Part shown: positions 9,125-18,431 of the stretch, one piece after another
How positions within the stretch are numbered: the stretch's first letter is position 1
Layout: every line of letters begins with the position of its first letter
Assembly: GCA_016219515.1 (NCBI GenBank)
Contig: JACRMU010000065.1
Span: 1,705 to 65,704 of the forward strand
DNA: 64,000 nt
From: Deltaproteobacteria bacterium
GTDB lineage: Bacteria; Desulfobacterota; Deferrimicrobia; Deferrimicrobiales; Deferrimicrobiaceae
Direction of reading: 5' to 3'
Notes under the pieces: model-generated
Told to the model about the DNA's origin: nothing
Databases searched by the model: none
What the model saw: the letters and a program-made list of their open reading frames with translations, nothing else
Translations under genes and position numbers: made by a program

Positions 9125-9736
9125 TTACTGGCCGCTTATCTCCTTATACCATTTCGGATGGTGCGTTTTCGCCCAGATCCTCCGGACGTTCCCGTAGATC
9201 ATGCTTTCGAGCGTGCCCGGGTTGCCGATGGTGGTCAAATATGCGTGGACGATCACGAACATGATGAAGATGAGAAACAGCGTCCCGTGGAGCAGCAGGG
9301 AGAGCCGGACGATGCCGATCGGGAACGACGCGGGGAACCAGTTGATGAATCCGGTGACTCCGAGCAGAATCGTCGCGATCCCCATGAAAAGGCCGTAGGC
9401 CTTCTGCCCCGCGTTGAACTTGCCGCTGTTGATGTGTTCCGGGTCCCGGTCGAGGTAGCCTCCCAGGAGCCTGAACCAGCGCCGGTCGTCCTCGTCGAAG
9501 GAGTTCATTTCCTTGTAATGGTTCAGGAAGAGCAGGATGGAACTGACGAAGAAGACGACGCCCATGTATTTATGGATGAAGATCGCGGCTTCGCCGCCGC
9601 CGAAGAGGTCGAAATAGCCGTGGAAAATCCTGGAGTAAAGTCCCAGTCCCGAGAACACCAACATGAAAAACGACAACATGACGAACCAGTGGAGAATCCG
9701 CTCTCTCGCATTGAACCGCTCCACGTATTTACCCAT
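9125..9736 (-). CDS. fdnI: formate dehydrogenase gamma subunit (cytochrome b, FdnI/FdoI-like)
   Basis: Four-TM b-type cytochrome with conserved His. The start ATG at 9736 overlaps the fdnH stop by 8 nt. The track ORF 9125-9814 is N-extended through the overlap. Confidence 0.8.
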   Translation of the reverse strand: MGKYVERFNARERILHWFVMLSFFMLVFSGLGLYSRIFHGYFDLFGGGEAAIFIHKYMGVVFFVSSILLFLNHYKEMNSFDEDDRRWFRLLGGYLDRDPEHINSGKFNAGQKAYGLFMGIATILLGVTGFINWFPASFPIGIVRLSLLLHGTLFLIFIMFVIVHAYLTTIGNPGTLESMIYGNVRRIWAKTHHPKWYKEISGQ

Positions 9737-10508
9737 GTGCGCCGCCTCCCTTCTCCGAATTCTCTTCCTCCAGTTTTCTGGGGCCGAAGGTGACGTAGTG
9801 GGTGAGGACCCCAACGATGCTGCCCCAGAAGCCGATGAGCCCCAGCGGTTTCAGCACGTCTTTCCAGAGGAAGATGGACGTGGGGATGGAGGGGTTCGCC
9901 GGCAGGCCGTAGACTTCCGGCTTGTCGTCCAGCAGGTAGAGCACGCCCAGCCCCGCAAGGTCCGCCTCGCCGTAGAGCGTCTTTTTCGCGGCCTTCGCCT
10001 TGGCGACGAGCCCGCTCCGCGGCCCGTACTGGAGCGTCTGCGTCGGGCACGCCTTCGCGCAGGCCGGGGACATCCCCGCGCCGATGCGGTCGAAGCAGAG
10101 GTGGCACTTGGAGACCTTCTCGTCGGCGCCGTACCGCGGGACGCCGAAGGGGCAGGCCGATACGCAGTACTTGCACGAGATGCACTTCTCCGCGTTGAAG
10201 GCGACGAACCCTTCACGGGTCCGGTAGAGGGCCCCCGGGGAAGGGCAGACCTTCATGCAGCCGGCGTCGCCGCAGTGTACGCACCGCTCGTTCAGGAAAA
10301 GCCACTTGAGGTTGCCGCCGTCGGTCTTCTCTATGAACCGGATCCGGTTGTAGAGGTTGGAGGTCAGGTCGCGGGGGTTTTCGTAGGTCCCCTGGTTGAC
10401 GGTCTTGTCGGCGTCGAGCTTGTTCCACTGCTTGCAGGCCACCTGGCAGGAGCGGCAGCCGATGCAGCGCGACGTATCGATCAGGAATGCCATTCTCGAT
10501 TCGGCCAT
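9729..10508 (-). CDS. fdnH: formate dehydrogenase iron-sulfur (beta) subunit, FdnH-like, with C-terminal TM anchor
   Basis: Four ferredoxin-type Cys clusters (CIGCRSCQVAC, CVHCGDAGCMKVCP, CISCKYCVSACP, CHLCFDR…CAKACP). Starts MAESRMAFLIDTS, 5 nt after the fdhA stop. Confidence 0.85.
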   Translation of the reverse strand: MAESRMAFLIDTSRCIGCRSCQVACKQWNKLDADKTVNQGTYENPRDLTSNLYNRIRFIEKTDGGNLKWLFLNERCVHCGDAGCMKVCPSPGALYRTREGFVAFNAEKCISCKYCVSACPFGVPRYGADEKVSKCHLCFDRIGAGMSPACAKACPTQTLQYGPRSGLVAKAKAAKKTLYGEADLAGLGVLYLLDDKPEVYGLPANPSIPTSIFLWKDVLKPLGLIGFWGSIVGVLTHYVTFGPRKLEEENSEKGGGAHG

Positions 10509-10513
10509 GGCGC

Positions 10514-13500
10514 TCACCCCTTGCTCTTGATATTGACCATGAACGCCTTGGTTTCCGGGATCATGGTGTTGGCGTCTCCGACGGTCGGCGTGAGAAGGTT
10601 CGCTGAATCGCCGACGGCCGGTGTGAACCACCCGAAGCACCAGGGCATCCCCACCTGATGGACGGTGGAGTTGGCCACCTTGAACGGCTTGAAGCGGGGG
10701 GTGACAACGGCGACGGCCTCGATCTTTCCCCTCGCCGAGGAGACCTCCAGGAGGTCTCCGCTCTTGATGTTCTTCTCCTTGGCCAGCTCCACGGACATTT
10801 CAACGAACTGCCGGGGCTGAAGCTCCAGCAGCCAGGGGACGTTCCGGGAGAGGACCCCGGTCTGCCAATGCTCCGTGACCCGGTACGTCGTGGCCACGAA
10901 CGGGAACCGGGTGTCGCACGAGGCGAATACGTCTTCGGGCATCCCGTCGGCCGAGAAGATCTTGGCGGCGGGGTTTACGCGCTGCTTGGACAGAGGGTTC
11001 TCCTGGACCGGGCACTCCAGCGGCTCGTAGTGCTCGGGGAAGGGGCCCTCCTTCAGGCCGGGCCCGAAGATCGCGGCGACCCCGTCCGCCCGCATGATGT
11101 ACGGCTTCTTCCCCTCCTTCTCGTTGCCCATCGGGGGCCACGGCCCGTCGGGGACGTCTCCCTCCCACTTGCCGAACTTGCCGTCCGGCATGGGGGCGGT
11201 CGGGTTCCAGAAGATGACCGCCTTCTTCACGTTGAACGGCTTGCCGTCGAGGTCGACGGAAGCGCGGTTATAGATGATCCGGCGATTGACCGGCCAAGCC
11301 CACGCCCACTCGGAGAAGAGGCCCAGGCCCGTGGGGTCTTTCTTCCCCCGCCGCGCCATCATGTTCCCGTTTTGGTTGTAGCTCTGGCAGTAGATCCAGC
11401 TCCCGCAGGAGGTCGTGCCGTCGGCCTGGAGCAGCGCGAAACCGGGCACCAGCTCCCCCTTCTTGCCCAGGAGCTTCTCCTTGGGCGGCTTCTGCCCGGG
11501 TTTCGGCTTGTTCGGCACGTCGGCCAGGAAGTAGCCGTTGATCTCCTTGGCCACCGCGTGGATGTCCACCGTCTTGACGGTGCCGTCGGCCCGCTTGAAG
11601 CCGTACCCCCAGGCGAGGTTCATCAGCGGATCGGGGAAGGCCCCTTTCTCCTTGGCGTAGAGCCCCTTGATCCGGTAGAACAGGTCGTTCATGATCTCGG
11701 CGTCCGGCCGGGACTGCCCCAGGGGTTTGACCGCCGGGACGCGCCACTGCGCCATGCGCGACGAGTTCGTGATGCTCCCTTCCTTCTCGAACGAGGCGGC
11801 GGCCGGCAGGAAAAAAACCTCCGTCTTGATCTTGGCGGGATCCACCCCCGGTCCCTTCCAGAACGATGCGGTCTCGTTGTCGAAGAGGTTGACCGTCACC
11901 ATCCATTCCAGGGTGGCAAGCCCCTTGCGGACCTTCCCCGCGTTGGTGCCGGAGCAGGCGGGGTTCTGGCCCCAGGCGAAGAACCCCTTGTACTTTCCGC
12001 GCGCCATGTTGTCGAAGAGCATGATCCAGGAGGCGTTCATGCCAGGGTCGGTCTTGGGCAGCCAGTGGTATCCGAAGTCGTTCTGCTTGGTCGCCTTGGC
12101 CCCGTAGATCGCCTTGAGGTAGGAGACGATGTACTTGTTCCGGTTCCCCCACCAGTTCGCGCTCATCGGGTCTTTCGTCTTGGGCGTGTACTTCTCGATG
12201 TAGGCGGTGAGGTCCTTGATGTCCGCCGACGGAACCGGCATGTAGCCGGGCAGGATGTGGAAGAGAACGCCGTGGTCGGTCGACCCCTGGACGTTGGACT
12301 CGCCGCGCATCGCGTTCACGCCGCCGCCGGCCACGCCCATGTTGCCCAGCAGGAGCTGGATGATCGACATCGCCCGGATGTTCTGGGTCCCCACGGTGTG
12401 CTGGGTCCATCCCATCGCGTAGAGGGAGGTCCCGGCCCGGTCCGGCTTCCCCGTAGATGCATACGCCTCGTAGACCTTGAGGAGCGTTTCCTTCGGGGTG
12501 CCCGTGATGCTGGAAACCATCTCCGGCGTGTACCGGGAGTAGTGCTTCTTCATCAGCTGGAACACGCAGCGCGGATTCGAGAGGGTTTCGTCCTTGACGA
12601 TCTTGTCGTCCGTGTCCTTCTGGAAGGACCACTTCTTGGCGTCATAGGAGCGCTTCTTGGCGTCGTAGCCGGAGAAGAGGCCGGCGAGCTCCCCGGGGCC
12701 TTTGAAGTCCGGGCCGACCACGTAGCTCGCGTTGGTGTACTTCTTGACCGCCACATCCATGTAGAGCTTGTTCTGAAGAATGTAGTTGATCATCCCGCCG
12801 AGGAAGGCGATGTCGGTTCCCGAGCGCAAAGGAGCGTAGATGTCGGCCTTCGACGCGCTTCGGGTGAAGCGCGGGTCCACCACGATGATCTTTCCGCCCG
12901 CGTCTTTCGCCTTCATGATCCACCGGAAGGCGACCGGGTGGTTCTCCGCGGGGTTGGCCCCCATGATGAGCACTACGTCAGCGTTCTTTACGTCGATCCA
13001 GTGATTCGTCATCGCGCCTCGTCCGAACGACTCTGCCAGAGCCGCTACAGTGGCGCTGTGTCATATTCGCGCCTGGTGCTCGATGGCGACCAGGCCCAAC
13101 CCCCTCATCATCTTCTGGAGGAGATAGCACTCCTCGTTGTCCAGGGCGGCGCTCCCGACGTGGGCGATCCCCATCGTCCGGTTGACGACCGCCTCGATCT
13201 CCTTCTCCACTTCCTTGTCGCCCACCTTCTCCTTGACCTTGATCCTGCTCTTGGCCTGGAAGGTGGCGTCCCGGGTCTTTTTCGTCCTCTTGGCGATCTC
13301 GTCGAGCGCCCAGTCCCAGGAGACTTCCTTCCACTCCTTCTCCCCCGGGGCCCGGTAGAGCGGCTTGGTCACCCGCGCCGCGTTGTCCCGGAGCTGAATG
13401 ACGGAAGAACCCTTCGGGCAGAGCGACCCCTCGTTGATGGGGTGGTCCGGGTCCCCCTCGGCGTTGATGAGGTTGCCGTTCAGCGAGTGGAGGATCAATC

Positions 13501-13663
13501 CGCATCCGACCGAGCAGTAGGGGCAGATGCTCGTCGACTCCTTCGCGTACCGGATCTGCAGGTCCTGGGCTTTCGCCTCGACCGGCTCGAGGGAGAGGCC
13601 GAGTACGCCGGCGGCCAGTCCCGCCCCGGAGAGCTTGAACAATTCCCTCCTGGAAATTCCCAT
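10514..13663 (-). CDS. fdhA: periplasmic formate dehydrogenase catalytic (alpha) subunit, selenocysteine-containing, Tat-exported
   Basis: Track ORFs 13061-13846 and 10514-13012 are one gene joined by an in-frame TGA at 13061-13063: …AIEHQARI-[U]-HSATVAALAESFG… is the canonical FdnG Sec site. Tat motif MGISRRELFKLSGAGLAAG. RBS aaggagg 7 nt before ATG 13663. Sec is codon 201, comparable to E. coli FdnG. Confidence 0.85.
13061..13063 (-). other. selenocysteine (UGA) codon of fdhA
   Basis: In-frame TGA within the conserved EHQARI-U-HS motif. Read directly from the sequence. Confidence 0.85.
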
Positions 13664-13921
13664 GCGTTGCACCTCCTTTTCTTGAGGCGAGTTAATGAAT
13701 AAAAAAAAAGGAATCCATGCCTGGATTCTTGGAATTCGCGGGGTGTGGAATCGGAGGTGCGAAGAAATATTATAAAATGGTTTTATAAAGATCAATAAAA
13801 AAATTACTTGGGAAACAGTATGTTTTCTCAATAGAATGAATTTCATAGTATTTCTGTAGGGTTTCGTTCGGTACCCACTGAATCGTGAAAAAAAATGCGT
13901 TTTATTTTGTATTGACTCGAT

Positions 13922-13945
13922 CGTTATAAATCATATTATATAACG
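13922..13945. promoter_or_regulatory. ModE-type operator-like palindrome CGTTATAaatcatattaTATAACG in the fdhA/modE divergent AT-rich region
   Basis: 24-nt near-palindrome with CGTTATA/TATAACG arms, resembling E. coli ModE boxes (CGTTATATT-N-ATATAACG type). Lies 68 nt upstream of modE and inside the roughly 350-nt AT-rich region upstream of fdhA. Confidence 0.5.
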
Positions 13946-14012
13946 CTCGACAAGCAGGTCCGCGTGCAGGCGCAGGTCGTTTTCTAAAAAAATAAGGAGG
14001 GCACGGCCGCCG

Positions 14013-14825
14013 ATGCGCCGGGCAAGGAACAAGCTGGAAGTCTCGGGGGCGGTCTGGCTCCATAAGGCGGACGCCGTCCTCCTGGGAAGCGACCGGATCG
14101 GGCTGCTGGAGAAGATCGAAGAGAACGGCTCGATCACGAAGGCGGCCCGGGCGGCGGGGATCAGCTACAAGACGGCATGGGATGTCGTGAGCGCCATCAA
14201 CAACCTCTCGGAAAAGCCGCTCGTCCGGCGGACGACGGGCGGCAAGGGGGGAGGAGGTACCGTTCTCACCGAGGAAGGGAGGGAGGTCGTCCGAAGATAC
14301 CGGGTCCTGCAGCGGGAGCACGAGAGGTTCCTCGGGGGGCTTTCGGAAAAAATCGGAGACGTGGAGAACTTCTATCGGTTTTTGCGGAGGATCGCCATGA
14401 GAGTGAGCGCGAGAAACACGTTTTTGGGGAAGGTCGCGGGCGTCAAGAAAGGGGCCGTCAGCGCGGAGGTGACGCTTTCCCTCAAGGGGGGCGATACGGT
14501 CGTCGCGGTCATCACGAAGGAGAGCGTGGAAAGCCTGGGCCTCCGGAAGGGGATGGAGGCGTACGCCATCATCAAGGCGAGCTCGGTCCTGCTGGGGAAG
14601 GATCTCCACGAAGCGAGGATCAGCGCGCGGAACCTCCTGTGCGGCACCGTGGAGAAGCTGGCGGAAGGCCCGGTGAACGAGGACGTGACCGTGAAACTCT
14701 CGGGAGGGAACGTACTGACCTCCGTCATCACCCGGGAAAGCGCGAAGAAGCTGGCACTCAAGCCCGGCGACCACGTCTGCGCCGTCATCAAGGCGTCCAG
14801 CGTCATCCTGGGGGTGAGCGGGTGA
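14013..14825 (+). CDS. modE: molybdate/tungstate-responsive transcriptional regulator ModE (HTH + two TOBE/Mop domains)
   Basis: N-terminal ModE HTH (SITKAARAAGISYKTAWD) followed by two Mop-domain repeats (…VTLSLKGGDTVVAVITKESVESLGL… and …VTVKLSGGNVLTSVITRESAKKLAL…). Strong RBS taaggaggg. Confidence 0.85.
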   Translation: MRRARNKLEVSGAVWLHKADAVLLGSDRIGLLEKIEENGSITKAARAAGISYKTAWDVVSAINNLSEKPLVRRTTGGKGGGGTVLTEEGREVVRRYRVLQREHERFLGGLSEKIGDVENFYRFLRRIAMRVSARNTFLGKVAGVKKGAVSAEVTLSLKGGDTVVAVITKESVESLGLRKGMEAYAIIKASSVLLGKDLHEARISARNLLCGTVEKLAEGPVNEDVTVKLSGGNVLTSVITRESAKKLALKPGDHVCAVIKASSVILGVSG

Positions 14826-15685
14826 CGCGGCGGGGAACGAGGGAATTCCATCGCCGTAGTTGCATTCTGCCGGCCTGGTGTCTCCTTCTTGCATTCATTG
14901 CCGGTATGCTGCCCGGCTCGCCGGTGCTGGCGATGGAACGGCTGCGGATGTCCACCACCACCTCCACGGAAAACTCCGGGCTCCTCGCCGTGCTGCTCCC
15001 GCCCTTCGAGAAGAAGCATGGCTGCAAAGTCGACGTGATCGCCGTGGGGACCGGGAAATCGCTCAAGCTGGGCGAGACCGGGGACGTGGACGTGGTGTTC
15101 GTCCACGCGCGGAAACCGGAGGACAAGTTCGTCGCCGACGGGTTCGGGGTGAACCGCAGGGACGTCATGTACAACGACTTCGTAATCCTGGGCCCCCCGG
15201 ACGATCCGGCGGGGATCCGGAACACGGTCAGCGCTTCGGACGCCTTTGCCCGGATCGCGGCGGCGCAGGCCCGCTTCGTCTCCCGGGGAGACGAGTCCGG
15301 CACCCACCAGAAGGAAAAGGAGATCTGGAAGGCCGCCGGGATCGTCCCGAAGGGGAAGTGGTACCTGGAGGCCGGCCAGGGGATGGGGGAAGTGATCCAG
15401 ATGGCGGCCCAGGTGCGCGGCTACACGCTCGCCGACCGGGGGACGTACATCGCGTATCGGAAGAAGACCGACCTCGCCGTCCTCCGGCAGGGGGACAAGG
15501 GGCTTTGGAACCCCTACGGCGTCATCGCCGTGAACCCGGCGAGGCACCCGCACGTGAAACACGGGCTGGCCATGAAGTTCATCGAATACCTGACCGGCGA
15601 GGAGGGTCGGCGGATCATCGCCGATTTCAAGATCGACGGGGAGCCGCTCTTCTTCGTCCACGGCCCGCATGAAGTGAAGCACTAA
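14822..15685 (+). CDS. tupA: tungstate ABC transporter substrate-binding protein TupA
   Basis: Carries the TupA-specific TTTSTENSGLL motif. GTG start overlaps the modE stop (GTGA). Signal-peptide-like N-terminus. The start codon choice is uncertain (the track's in-frame ORF begins at 14177). Confidence 0.75.
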   Translation: MTRRGTREFHRRSCILPAWCLLLAFIAGMLPGSPVLAMERLRMSTTTSTENSGLLAVLLPPFEKKHGCKVDVIAVGTGKSLKLGETGDVDVVFVHARKPEDKFVADGFGVNRRDVMYNDFVILGPPDDPAGIRNTVSASDAFARIAAAQARFVSRGDESGTHQKEKEIWKAAGIVPKGKWYLEAGQGMGEVIQMAAQVRGYTLADRGTYIAYRKKTDLAVLRQGDKGLWNPYGVIAVNPARHPHVKHGLAMKFIEYLTGEEGRRIIADFKIDGEPLFFVHGPHEVKH

Positions 15686-16372
15686 GTGGATTTCCTGCTC
15701 GACTCATTGAGGGCCTCGCTCTACCTCATCGTGACGCGGGACCCGGCTTTCTGCCATGCGGTCTGGACCTCCCTGTACGTTTCCTTCTGGTCGATCATCT
15801 TTGCGGCGCTCCTCGGGATTCCCGCCGGGCTTGCCGTGGGGCTTACGGAGTTTCCCCTGAAGCGGACGGTCATCACCGGACTCAACAGCCTGATGGCCGT
15901 CCCCACGGTGCTCATCGGCCTCCTGGTCTACGGGTTCATCAGCCGCCAGGGGCCGTTCGGAGGGTTCGGTCTCCTGTTCACCCCCTCCGCCATCATCGTC
16001 GGCGATGCGCTCCTTGCCGCGCCGATCGTGGCCAACCTCGCCTTGAGCTCCGTGCGGGGGGCGAATGCCGCCATCCTTCCCACCGCGATGACGCTCGGGG
16101 GAGACCGTCTCCAGAGCGTCCTTACGCTGGTCTCCGAAATCCGTTTCGGCATGGTGGCCGCCGTGATCGCGGGGTTCGGAAGGGTCGTCTCCGAGGTCGG
16201 GGTGGCGATGATGCTGGGGGGGAACATCCTCGGGTACACGCGGACGATGACCACCGCGATCGCCCTGGAGACGAGCAAAGGGGAGTTTGCCCTGGGGATC
16301 GCCCTGGGGATCGTCCTGATGGCGGTTGCGCTGGCGGTGAACGTCATTTTTCAGTTCCTGCAGAGGAAGTAG
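15686..16372 (+). CDS. tupB: tungstate ABC transporter permease TupB
   Basis: Six-TM ABC permease with the EAA-like loop. GTG start immediately after the tupA stop. Confidence 0.85.
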   Translation: MDFLLDSLRASLYLIVTRDPAFCHAVWTSLYVSFWSIIFAALLGIPAGLAVGLTEFPLKRTVITGLNSLMAVPTVLIGLLVYGFISRQGPFGGFGLLFTPSAIIVGDALLAAPIVANLALSSVRGANAAILPTAMTLGGDRLQSVLTLVSEIRFGMVAAVIAGFGRVVSEVGVAMMLGGNILGYTRTMTTAIALETSKGEFALGIALGIVLMAVALAVNVIFQFLQRK

Positions 16373-16374
16373 CA

Positions 16375-17061
16375 TTGGAACCGCTCTATCGCCTGGAATC
16401 GGTCGGGAAGCGCTACGGGGAAAAGGAGGTCCTGGCCATTCCCGCCCTCGAGATCCGCGAGGGGAGCTTCCATTTCCTCACCGGCCCGAACGGCTCGGGG
16501 AAGACGACGCTCCTTTCCATCCTGGCGTTCCTCCTCCGCCCGACGTCCGGGGCGCTGTTCTATGCGGGGATGCGCGTCGAATGGGAGGGGAAGACCCTGG
16601 TTGCGCTGCGGCGGCAGGTGACGCTTCTCCACCAGTCTCCCTACCTGTTCGACGGGACGGTTTTTCACAACGTCGCCTATGGCCTCAAGGTAAGGGGGAT
16701 CGACGGCGCGGCCGGGAAAGAACGGATCGACAAGGCGTTGAAAATGGTAGGATTGGAAGGGTTTGGGGACAGGAGAGCGAGGGCGCTGTCCGGGGGCGAG
16801 ATGCAGCGGGTGGCCCTGGCGAGGGCGCTCGTGCTGGCCCCTCGCGCGCTCCTCCTCGACGAGCCGCTGGCCAACGTGGACCGGGAGAGCGCCGAAGTGA
16901 TCCGCGGCGTCATCGTCGGGCTGCCCGCCAGGGGGACCACCGTGATCATGGCCACGCACGACCCGGGCCGCGCGGGAGGGCAGGGCGACGAGCGCATCCG
17001 GCTCGAGGCAGGAAGGATCTGCCGCGTGACGTCCGGATGCGTTGAAGGGGAGAGACGGTGA
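16375..17061 (+). CDS. tupC: tungstate ABC transporter ATP-binding protein TupC
   Basis: Walker A GPNGSGKTT, ABC signature LSGGEMQRVALARAL, Walker B LLLDEP. TTG start 3 nt after the tupB stop. Confidence 0.85.
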   Translation: MEPLYRLESVGKRYGEKEVLAIPALEIREGSFHFLTGPNGSGKTTLLSILAFLLRPTSGALFYAGMRVEWEGKTLVALRRQVTLLHQSPYLFDGTVFHNVAYGLKVRGIDGAAGKERIDKALKMVGLEGFGDRRARALSGGEMQRVALARALVLAPRALLLDEPLANVDRESAEVIRGVIVGLPARGTTVIMATHDPGRAGGQGDERIRLEAGRICRVTSGCVEGERR

Positions 17062-17080
17062 GGAACGAAAGCAGGACAGG

Positions 17081-18289
17081 ATGATCCCGTTCGAGGAAGC
17101 GAGAAACCGGATCCTCGCCCGCGTCGCACCGCTGGGCGGTGAACGAGTGCCGATCTTCGCCGCGGCCGGGAGAGTGCTTGCCGAGGAAGTTCGCGCTCCC
17201 GCGGACATGCCGTCGTGGGACAACTCCGCGATGGACGGCTACGCCGTACGCAGCGGGGACTGCGCGGGGCCGGCGGCGCTGAAGCTCACCGGGTACCGGG
17301 CGGCGGGGGATGCCGCGGACCCCAAGGTCACCCCTGGATGCGCCGTCAAGATCATGACCGGCTCCCCCATCCCGGAAGGGTGCGACGCCGTGGTCCCCTT
17401 CGAGGAAACCGAAGAGTCCGGCGGCTTCGTGCGGATCCGCGCCGCGGTCAAGCCCCGCGCCCACATCCGTTTCCGCGGAGAGGACGTGAAGGCCGGCGAC
17501 CGGGTCATCCCCGCGGGAACGGTGCTCCGCCCGCCGGAGATCAGCATGCTGGCCTCGTTCGGGAAGGCGTTCGTCCCGGTGTACCGGAAGGCGCGGGTGG
17601 CGCTGCTTTCCACCGGCGACGAACTTGTGGAGCTTGGCGAACCGCTCTCCCCGGGGAAAATCGTCAACAGCAACACCGTTTCGCTCGCGGCGGCCATCGA
17701 GGAGGCCGGGGCGGCGCCGGTGCTCCTCGGCATCGCCGTCGACGACAAGGAATGCCTCCGGGGAAAGATCCGGGAGGGGCTTGCCGCCGATGCCCTCGTC
17801 ACCTCTGCCGGAGTTTCTGCGGGCGACCGGGACTTCGTCCGCGAAGTGCTTGCCGAACTGTCCGTGGAAGAGGTTTTCTGGAAAGTGGACATCAAGCCGG
17901 GCCGCCCCACCGCCTTCGGGATGAAGGACGGGAAGCCGGTCTTCTCCCTGCCGGGGAACCCCGTTTCTTCCCTCGTTACGTTCGAAGTCTTCGTCCGCCC
18001 GGCGCTGCTGAAGATGATGGGGCACCCCGAGCCGCAAAAGCGCCTCGTGAAGGCGGTCCTCAAGGAGCCCATCCGGAAAAAGGCGGGAAAGGCGCACTTC
18101 TTCCGCGTGAGGGTCGCCGTGGAGGAGGGGGAGTACGCCGCCTGGATGTCCGGCGACCAGAACACCGGGATCCTCCGCACGATGGTTCTCGCCAACGGGA
18201 TCGCCGTGCTGCCGGCGGAGAGGACCGATTTCAAGGCCGGCGAGAAGATCGATGTCTGCCTCCTATACCAGTCCGCGACGCCGAACTGA
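17081..18289 (+). CDS. moeA: molybdopterin molybdenum/tungsten transferase MoeA
   Basis: MoeA N-terminus MIPFEEARNRIL and a conserved MoeA/gephyrin E-domain core (…GDELVELGEPLSPGKIVNSNT…GRPTAFG…). The track's TTG at 17042 is a possible alternative start. Confidence 0.85.
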   Translation: MIPFEEARNRILARVAPLGGERVPIFAAAGRVLAEEVRAPADMPSWDNSAMDGYAVRSGDCAGPAALKLTGYRAAGDAADPKVTPGCAVKIMTGSPIPEGCDAVVPFEETEESGGFVRIRAAVKPRAHIRFRGEDVKAGDRVIPAGTVLRPPEISMLASFGKAFVPVYRKARVALLSTGDELVELGEPLSPGKIVNSNTVSLAAAIEEAGAAPVLLGIAVDDKECLRGKIREGLAADALVTSAGVSAGDRDFVREVLAELSVEEVFWKVDIKPGRPTAFGMKDGKPVFSLPGNPVSSLVTFEVFVRPALLKMMGHPEPQKRLVKAVLKEPIRKKAGKAHFFRVRVAVEEGEYAAWMSGDQNTGILRTMVLANGIAVLPAERTDFKAGEKIDVCLLYQSATPN

Positions 18290-18431
18290 CTTTCCGTTCC
18301 GCTGCGGCGCGGCAGCGCCGGATTCCCGGAAATGGGACCACGGGTGCCGGATCCATTGACATAGAATCATCGGTTAATATAGATGTAGGTATATTCCGGC
18401 TTGCGGGTTTTCAACATCAGGAAGGTCGGCA

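Noticed and set aside
10658-13702. 1014-aa plus-strand ORF antisense to fdhA
   Set aside because: Low-complexity Arg/Gly/Pro/Leu-rich product, fully antisense to a highly conserved selenoprotein FDH gene. High-GC artefact.
13061-13846. 261-aa minus-strand ORF called as a separate gene
   Set aside because: It is the N-terminal 200 codons of fdhA (plus an upstream over-extension) ending at the selenocysteine TGA. The frame continues into ORF 10514-13012.
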